Below are positions 1 through 5,677 of a stretch of DNA of 11,867 nucleotides, piece after piece. Position numbers and translations under genes: made by a program. The stretch's first letter is position 1; every line of letters begins with the position of its first letter. The DNA comes from Oligoflexales bacterium (GTDB lineage: Bacteria; Bdellovibrionota_B; Oligoflexia; Oligoflexales; RGVZ01), in NCBI GenBank assembly GCA_044236265.1, contig JBIIGV010000089.1:1-11867 (forward strand), given 5' to 3'. The notes beneath the pieces were generated by a model, which was given only the letters and a program-made list of their open reading frames with translations, had not been told where the DNA came from and ran no database searches.

Positions 1-1
1 G

Positions 2-127
2 TCCAAAAAACAAGAGGTTGGCAATGGATTTGTCAGCGTTCACCTGGGTGTCGAGTTCAGTCAACTACCGTTACCCACTCTTTACGAGTTTCTCGATCTA
101 TTGAATAACACCAGAGCAGTCGCCTAA
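2..127 (+). CDS. 3' end of a CDS entering from the left edge; probable PilZ-domain protein (partial)
   Basis: The frame from position 2 is open to TAA 125-127 and reads SKKQEVGNGFVSVHLGVEFSQLPLPTLYEFLDLLNNTRAVA*. A beta-strand ending 'LGVEF' followed by an amphipathic helix resembles the C-terminal GxxF-plus-helix end of PilZ domains. The stop is 25 nt before the next ATG. Confidence 0.5.
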   Translation, partial: SKKQEVGNGFVSVHLGVEFSQLPLPTLYEFLDLLNNTRAVA

Positions 128-152
128 TCAGCTATCTTGGGGATCAATTCAA

Positions 153-659
153 ATGAAAGCCCGGAAACGATTTCAATTAATCCCTCCGCTTGGATTTCTG
201 CTTATTCCATGGAGCTCTGTCGTTAAAAGTGAGGATGTCGATCTTCGCCTTGAAGTCGAAGGAACCATCCAACCACAGCCTACATGGCGCGATGCGAACA
301 ACATGATTATCTCGAATCTTACATTCAATTTCGACGGAATGGCTAATGCGGAGCGAATCAACACGGATGTCGACTCTGAACCAAAGTATGCCAAACTTGT
401 CGATGCGGGCAAGCAAATGCTCACACCAATCGAACTCTATCGCCCGAAAAAATGCCGGATCGGCGACACAGGCATTGACGATGCCCATGTTCAGTTTATC
501 CACAACAATCATGTCCATCGCCAAGATGCCCAAATTCTAATTATGCAGTACCGGCTCCATGAACTTAGGATTCGCTTCGCGTCTCAGGGATCCTACGGTG
601 GTTTATCTGGCGCAGTAAGATGCGATCTGCCAGGCATGCTGCGGTATACATACGACTAA
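153..659 (+). CDS. Secreted pilin-like protein (putative minor fimbrial subunit), 168 aa
   Basis: ATG preceded by a GGGGA SD-like sequence; signal-peptide-like N-terminus; mature start LRLEVEGTIQPQPTW; FNFDG, CRIG, GAVRC and C-terminal YTYD (penultimate Tyr). Clear paralog of 4188..4679 and of the C-terminal half of 2576..3415. Confidence 0.7.
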   Translation: MKARKRFQLIPPLGFLLIPWSSVVKSEDVDLRLEVEGTIQPQPTWRDANNMIISNLTFNFDGMANAERINTDVDSEPKYAKLVDAGKQMLTPIELYRPKKCRIGDTGIDDAHVQFIHNNHVHRQDAQILIMQYRLHELRIRFASQGSYGGLSGAVRCDLPGMLRYTYD

Positions 660-677
660 TAGAAAACCAGGTCCAAT

Positions 678-971
678 ATGAGAGTTCTACTCGTCGCGCT
701 TTCGCTTGGATTATCTGCTACCAGCCATTCACAGGATCTGAATACCGTGACCTTTCATGTCGATGACACTGACAAAGAGATAAAACTCCCGAATGACGCC
801 TGCGCACACTACCTTGACGATCCTTCAAACTTTAAAATACAAAAGACATCACCTACCTTGATTCAGGTTATCGCGCTTGGTCGATCTGAACGATCAGCAA
901 CACTTCTCATCGATTGCCCGGAGCAATCTCTCGTATATTCATTGGTTTTTTATGCCTCAGTCAAATTGTGA
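678..971 (+). CDS. Small secreted beta-sandwich/Ig-like protein, 97 aa
   Basis: Good signal peptide (MRVLLVALSLGLSATSHS/Q), two Cys, beta-rich. The segment 'EIKLP...DDPSNFKIQKTSPTLIQVIA...ATLLID' resembles the pilus-formation N-terminal (T2SS-T3SS_pil_N-like) Ig domain. Confidence 0.65.
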   Translation: MRVLLVALSLGLSATSHSQDLNTVTFHVDDTDKEIKLPNDACAHYLDDPSNFKIQKTSPTLIQVIALGRSERSATLLIDCPEQSLVYSLVFYASVKL

Positions 972-2575
972 GACCGCAGTCATCATTAGGACTTGAAATA
1001 CGAGCCTCTGATCAGGGACCGGGAGCTGTCGAATTCGATTTTACAGACCGAAGTCTGGATCCACTACAAATAGTCCTAAGAAGAGTCGAAGCGTTTAACA
1101 CAAAACCGGATAATTCAACCCGATCCCTTGACGTTGAGCATCGCTTCGGACTCAGTAGTATTGGCTATGGCTACCAGATAACAGACCAACCAAACAATAA
1201 ACAGGCGGTGCTTAGAACAAATCTACAAATAGCGGGCATAACTTCTAGTCACACAAAAACTTTAAAATATCAGCAAAATTTTATTGCCGATTCTTACTGG
1301 CTTCGACTGCCCGCCCCACTGGGTGTGGGCTTAGGCGTCGAACGAAATTCAAAGGGCAGACAGGCCAAAGTTATTGATCGCTTTTTTAACACTAGAATGG
1401 GTGATTTTAGCACTACAACTGGTACTCGCTATCAGCAGACACTACACGAGGACGGAACGACAACAAAGAGCATCAAATTCACCACCGATCAATCGTCACG
1501 ACTGAATCAGAACTTCAGACTAACAAACAAAAACCATCTAACCTGTGGAAGACTGAATGCCTGTACGATCTCGGAGTGGGCCATAAAATCAAAGATCAAT
1601 TATCGTCAACACGATCTAAGTCTAGACTATGGGATTTGGCCTCATCTACTTGGTACGGGACTATCAACGAAATTCTTTGGAAATCAAAGATTCAACATGA
1701 GCATAAACAGAAAGCTGAGACCAATTGAGACTTTAAAGCGATGGCCACATTTTGCTGTCGATGAGGATGTCGATAGCACCTCAGAAATATCTGGGGTACA
1801 TCTTGAACTAAAAAATTCAAAATGGACATATTATGCAGACCAGTCCGCCAGCTTAATTAGCGGAAAAATCTGGAGCAACACAATAGGCGCGCGTTACGAG
1901 GGTGACGAGATAACAGCAGGAATTGCCGGATCCATCGAGGGGTCCAACTATCGGCTTCCGACATTCAATGCAAGTCTTCGATATTTCTTGAGCGAGAATC
2001 TAAGAAGCCTTAGTTTAAGAACCTCAAAAAATCGCCTTCTTGTCAAAGTTAGATCTAACGCACCTGGCGTTTTTATTAACGGCGCAGTTGTAGAACTAAG
2101 AAAATCTGGACAACTGATTGCAACAAGAGTCTCCTCGGCAAACGGGATGGTCGAATTCTCAGAGGCGCGCTGCTGCGAAACATACAATCTGAGCGTTGAA
2201 CTACACGGTCACAAGGCTGAAAGCATCGTCCATGTGACACCGCTCTCCCTCAATCCATCCGATCTATTGATAATTGAGGACCATAATAAGCTACATTTGG
2301 ACTTTCTATTGGTAAAACCTGAGAATCGGTTTGAGAAAGCTAATATCAGCAACGTGTTCGAAGAAATCGGGGAGTCAATCGTGTCCTGCCCCGGATGCAT
2401 TCAAGTCAATAATGATATTTATGCGCCCAAGGATAAAAGAGTCAGCTTTGAATTTAATTCATCATTACTCCCATTTGGGTTGGAACTAGACAGAATTGAG
2501 CCAGATTTTATCGACAGCAGTGACACAAAAACATCTCAGATACGAGTTCTACTAAAGGCACGAGGCTCAAACTAA
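914..2575 (+). CDS. Putative usher-like outer-membrane protein with C-terminal CnaB/carboxypeptidase-regulatory-like domain, ~553 aa (start uncertain: TTG 914 or GTG 968)
   Basis: Long ORF with a signal-peptide-like segment (ISRIFIGFLCLSQIV...SLG). Many amphipathic strands ending in aromatic residues (LSLDYG, IGARYEG, FNASLRYF). The segment LLVKV...INGAVVELRKSGQLIATRVSSANGMVEFS...TYNLSV is a CnaB/prealbumin-like signature. It lies between pilin-like and chaperone-like genes. Confidence 0.6.
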   Translation: MPGAISRIFIGFLCLSQIVRPQSSLGLEIRASDQGPGAVEFDFTDRSLDPLQIVLRRVEAFNTKPDNSTRSLDVEHRFGLSSIGYGYQITDQPNNKQAVLRTNLQIAGITSSHTKTLKYQQNFIADSYWLRLPAPLGVGLGVERNSKGRQAKVIDRFFNTRMGDFSTTTGTRYQQTLHEDGTTTKSIKFTTDQSSRLNQNFRLTNKNHLTCGRLNACTISEWAIKSKINYRQHDLSLDYGIWPHLLGTGLSTKFFGNQRFNMSINRKLRPIETLKRWPHFAVDEDVDSTSEISGVHLELKNSKWTYYADQSASLISGKIWSNTIGARYEGDEITAGIAGSIEGSNYRLPTFNASLRYFLSENLRSLSLRTSKNRLLVKVRSNAPGVFINGAVVELRKSGQLIATRVSSANGMVEFSEARCCETYNLSVELHGHKAESIVHVTPLSLNPSDLLIIEDHNKLHLDFLLVKPENRFEKANISNVFEEIGESIVSCPGCIQVNNDIYAPKDKRVSFEFNSSLLPFGLELDRIEPDFIDSSDTKTSQIRVLLKARGSN

Positions 2576-3415
2576 ATGCGAAGACTCAACCAACTAATTT
2601 TATCTACCGCTGTGTTGGTGTTGGCCTTGCATTTTTCAGATATCGCAATCGGTGGGAATTTAAAAATGGTCTCACCGACCGGTTCCGTCATTACCGAATT
2701 AACTCTAGACCTAGAGAACTTGTTCGAAGGAAATCATTATAGGAAGAAGTTCCAACTTGACTACATTTTTGACGCTGGATCGAAAGAGGCCATTATTGCC
2801 CTTGAACCACCGGTATGTCAGATCGCAGGAAAGCCGATCAAAAGGTTTGACGTGAGCATCGATGGCAAGAATATGATCGCGGTGGGAAACCTGATGTCAT
2901 CGTCATTCTCAATAGGTGTTTCAATGGATATACCGGATGAGATTGAAGGAGAAATCTCCTGTGGTTTTTCTGAGCTGCGCGACATTACCACTGGCCACAT
3001 AATAGCCAGCATAAATTTTCGAGGCTTCGTACACAAATTACCGCGCTGGGTGAGTTTGGCGGGAGAGCGAGTTAGGGACATTCGATTCTCTTTTGATGGC
3101 CTTGTTGCCCGGGACATAGCAAATACTGATGTGACGTCTCGGAGCGTCTATATTCGTCTTATAAATGCCAAGACCTACCCTGCAGTCGCTCGCTATCTAA
3201 GTCCAAAAGGTTGTACGATTGGGGACTTTCCAGTCGCCGACGGCATGATACGACTTCGTAGCAATGGCACCGAAATCGATGATGGAAGCATGATGACACT
3301 CCCATCCCAGCAGATATTACGCCTCGAATTAAACATCGCATCAGCAGTCGGGATCGGAAACAAATCAGGGGTTGTGCGATGTATTACTACTGGCTCTTTA
3401 TTATACTCTTATTAA
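2576..3415 (+). CDS. Secreted two-domain pilin-like protein (putative tip adhesin), 279 aa
   Basis: ATG abuts the upstream TAA (TAAATG); signal peptide. The C-terminal domain (INFRGFV..PRW, FSFDG, CTIG, GVVRC, YSY) is paralogous to the other two pilins. The N-terminal domain has degenerate CQIAG and GEISC equivalents. Confidence 0.7.
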   Translation: MRRLNQLILSTAVLVLALHFSDIAIGGNLKMVSPTGSVITELTLDLENLFEGNHYRKKFQLDYIFDAGSKEAIIALEPPVCQIAGKPIKRFDVSIDGKNMIAVGNLMSSSFSIGVSMDIPDEIEGEISCGFSELRDITTGHIIASINFRGFVHKLPRWVSLAGERVRDIRFSFDGLVARDIANTDVTSRSVYIRLINAKTYPAVARYLSPKGCTIGDFPVADGMIRLRSNGTEIDDGSMMTLPSQQILRLELNIASAVGIGNKSGVVRCITTGSLLYSY

Positions 3416-3429
3416 GCAGGAGAACTTTT

Positions 3430-4194
3430 ATGCAAATAAATTTTAAAATTTTGCTGTCAGTGATTTTCGTTCTGACCTCCCAGGATTTGTTCGGGCAGGG
3501 CGCAGCTGTAATAATCCCAATGTCTCAATATATTCTGGACAAATCGGAACCTGCAAATTTTCATGTCCATAATCAACTCCAAAGAAACCTGGCCATGAAT
3601 ATTGATATCAAGTGTGATGTAGATGGGATGGAAATGAATGGAGACGATTGCCTAAACATATTTCAGATAAAGATCGACAATAACGTTAATCCTAAACGCA
3701 TAGAAATTATGAAATCCGGAAGTCTAAGGGGTCAAGTTGAATTGATAAAATCCCCGAAGCAATATGCTCTACTCAAGCCAATTTTTTCTCCGGATAAGGT
3801 TGGAGAATCAAAATACAACGCTGTATCATTTGATTTTAGCTACCAGCCTGGTTATTTGTTTTTGCTCAGCAGCCAGACGCCAAATCTAACGAATCCCACG
3901 TACACAACGCGCGTCGTAAACGATGAAAAATTTGCTGTTTTTGAGTTTGACTTGAAAGACTTCGCTATGCCCGCAGTAGCATCCATTTCTGCCAAGATAG
4001 CTGCCGTCGACACCAAGAAAACAATTAGGTTTGTTAGACTCGCAAGTGAAAAAATCATCGACCCAAGACGCAAATCATTGACTCTAGAGTCAAGTTTTGC
4101 CTCGTCAAAGGACGAGGCAAAAACCTGTTTTGATCTGATCATTCAATGGATATCTAGCAAAAGCATTCAAAAAATTTCAAATTGCACTCAATAA
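3430..4194 (+). CDS. Secreted two-domain beta protein, putative PapD-like pilus assembly chaperone, 254 aa
   Basis: Start reassigned to ATG 3430 (AGGAG at 3418-3422). Signal peptide MQINFKILLSVIFVLTSQDLFG. Mature N-terminus 'VIIP....L......FHVHN' and a later alternating strand 'VSFDFSY...LF' resemble the PapD_N layout. The size is typical of chaperones. Confidence 0.5.
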   Translation: MQINFKILLSVIFVLTSQDLFGQGAAVIIPMSQYILDKSEPANFHVHNQLQRNLAMNIDIKCDVDGMEMNGDDCLNIFQIKIDNNVNPKRIEIMKSGSLRGQVELIKSPKQYALLKPIFSPDKVGESKYNAVSFDFSYQPGYLFLLSSQTPNLTNPTYTTRVVNDEKFAVFEFDLKDFAMPAVASISAKIAAVDTKKTIRFVRLASEKIIDPRRKSLTLESSFASSKDEAKTCFDLIIQWISSKSIQKISNCTQ

Positions 4195-4679
4195 CGATAT
4201 GCCATCAAACCTGGCTCACAGGACACTGCACCAGCCTTATCACCATAGCCGCCAGCGCCCGAGAAGCGCAGTGCGAGTGTTGTATCTGCCAAATTAGTGA
4301 ATTCAACTACCTCTCCGGTCTGCTTTGGGACGTTATTTACCATCAGAAATACATGCTCGGGACTTACATTTTGCGCACCAATTGTGCAGTTGTTAGGGGT
4401 GGTTATTTCAACATTGTTAAAACCAGTGACGATATTGGCTAACCGAACCGTAAATGGATCAGAATCGCGATTGTCACCAGGAGCTGAAGTCACTTGCCCG
4501 TCGAAGTTCAATAAAGCCTGAGTTATCGGCTTTCCATCCTTGTCCAACCAAGACGGAGCTCCTCCAATGGTACCTCCGACTATAAGCTCGAGATTTTTCT
4601 CAACCCCAAAGGCAATGCTAGCAGAGACGAGCGCGGTTAAACAAACTGCCCCCTTCAAAATACCTAAAATCTTACTCAT
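4188..4679 (-). CDS. Secreted pilin-like protein, probable major fimbrial subunit, 163 aa
   Basis: Start reassigned to ATG 4679, which has a strong GGAGG SD. Signal peptide ending AFG; mature VEKNLELIVGGTIGGAPSW; NFDG, CTIG, GAVSC and terminal YRY. Rich in Gly/Ala/Thr/Asn. Overlaps the convergent gene by 7 nt. Confidence 0.75.
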   Translation of the reverse strand: MSKILGILKGAVCLTALVSASIAFGVEKNLELIVGGTIGGAPSWLDKDGKPITQALLNFDGQVTSAPGDNRDSDPFTVRLANIVTGFNNVEITTPNNCTIGAQNVSPEHVFLMVNNVPKQTGEVVEFTNLADTTLALRFSGAGGYGDKAGAVSCEPGLMAYRY

Positions 4680-4729
4680 TTTTCCCTCCAATATTTGTAG
4701 AACTAGCGGTCTGCCAGTCTTGAGAGAGA

Positions 4730-4756
4730 ACGTCGGACTTGGTCGCGACCTCTTTA
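4730..4756 (-). promoter_or_regulatory. Putative sigma28 (FliA)-type promoter for the major pilin-like gene
   Basis: The minus strand reads TAAAGAGG-N11-TCCGACGT against the consensus TAAAGTTT-N11-GCCGATAA. Spacing is correct and the site is about 50 nt upstream of ATG 4679. Confidence 0.45.
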
Positions 4757-4846
4757 TATGAAAATAAAAATTTGAATTATAATTGATGCTTAGCGGTTTG
4801 CGATCGGGGTCTTAGCAGTCCATACACCCGTCGATGTGACCAACCC

Positions 4847-5662
4847 TTACTGTAACTGATCGTTTTTTTGGGGTGGTTGCGAATTTGTATCGGCCATTTT
4901 AAAAAACTGCAGAGACATACCGTATACAGAATCGCCGCCATGACCAAAGTCGTCAATCAAAGACTGGGCAAAATTGGCAATTCGTTGCTTAACTTCACCA
5001 AGACGAGTCGATTCAAAGGGTATCACGATTGAATCCAGGTGACGGATATCCATTGGCTGATTTTGAATTGATGCGCGCCCCATCTGGGACATACGCTCAT
5101 GAAATTTACGAATATCGTCAGAGGGACCTTGGTCCCCTGCTGTAAACTGGGTTTTGACGTGTGTCCATACTCCGTTTTGCAATTGAACCAACTTCAAAGC
5201 TTCCAGTCGTTTCAGAGCTGAGAAAACTTCAAATAAATCGAGTTTTAAGCTGCGTGCAATTGTGGTTGCACAACCATCAAAAGCGGGCAAACCCATAAAT
5301 GTCCAAATCAGGACATATTTCGGGTCAGCGATAAGGCTGAATTGGCCCTCATCAAAATACTGTTTGTCCGCGTGATTTCTACGTAACTCAACTCTTTCAC
5401 GAGCTGCTTTTCGTGCAGACTCAATTGGGGCTACTTGCGCATCAATCAAATCTAGAAAATCTGCAGATAATAGCGGGGAAAAGTTTAGCTTTTTACAAAT
5501 CAACTCACCACTCTCACGAGATAAGTCACCTTTACCGCTAATTACTTCGCTGAGTCGAGACGGCGAAATGCTCATATCTCTGGCAAATGCGCGCAGTGAA
5601 TACCGAGCATTAACCTTTCGGCGAACATTAAACTGATCCGATAAAATATCCCTGTAGTCCAT
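4847..5662 (-). CDS. TIGR02147-family protein (N-terminal HTH plus DUF4423-like C-terminal domain), putative regulator, 271 aa
   Basis: N-terminal DYRDIL...RRKVNARYSLRAFARDMSISPSRLSEVISGK, central winged-helix-like ALKRLEALKLV, then IRKFH...R.LDS and the C-terminal VYGMSLQFF are hallmarks of this family. Confidence 0.85.
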   Translation of the reverse strand: MDYRDILSDQFNVRRKVNARYSLRAFARDMSISPSRLSEVISGKGDLSRESGELICKKLNFSPLLSADFLDLIDAQVAPIESARKAARERVELRRNHADKQYFDEGQFSLIADPKYVLIWTFMGLPAFDGCATTIARSLKLDLFEVFSALKRLEALKLVQLQNGVWTHVKTQFTAGDQGPSDDIRKFHERMSQMGRASIQNQPMDIRHLDSIVIPFESTRLGEVKQRIANFAQSLIDDFGHGGDSVYGMSLQFFKMADTNSQPPQKNDQLQ

Positions 5663-5677
5663 TTACAATCCTGAGCT

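Noticed and set aside
3379..3429. Longer ORF-track starts (3379; likewise 4691, 8507 and 8813)
   Set aside because: Downstream ATGs at 3430, 4679, 8453 and 8945 have SD motifs and place the signal peptides at the N-terminus.
153..4679. Type IV/Tad pilus or type V pilus interpretation
   Set aside because: There is no class III prepilin motif (G/FxxxE plus hydrophobic helix), no ATPase or platform gene in the window, and no lipobox on the pilin-like proteins.
173..4761. Short antisense and alternate-frame ORFs across the pilus-like cluster (for example 177..533, 2818..3117, 3852..4142, 4182..4442)
   Set aside because: They lie wholly or mostly within better-supported genes and show no signal peptides or motifs.
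4785..4846. Possible c-di-GMP-I riboswitch upstream of the pilin (GGTCAC...GCAAACC on the minus strand)
   Set aside because: It lacks the ordered GNRA-loop P2 and receptor P3 elements; only an imperfect hairpin (about 4801-4833) is visible. An Rfam cmscan would settle it.
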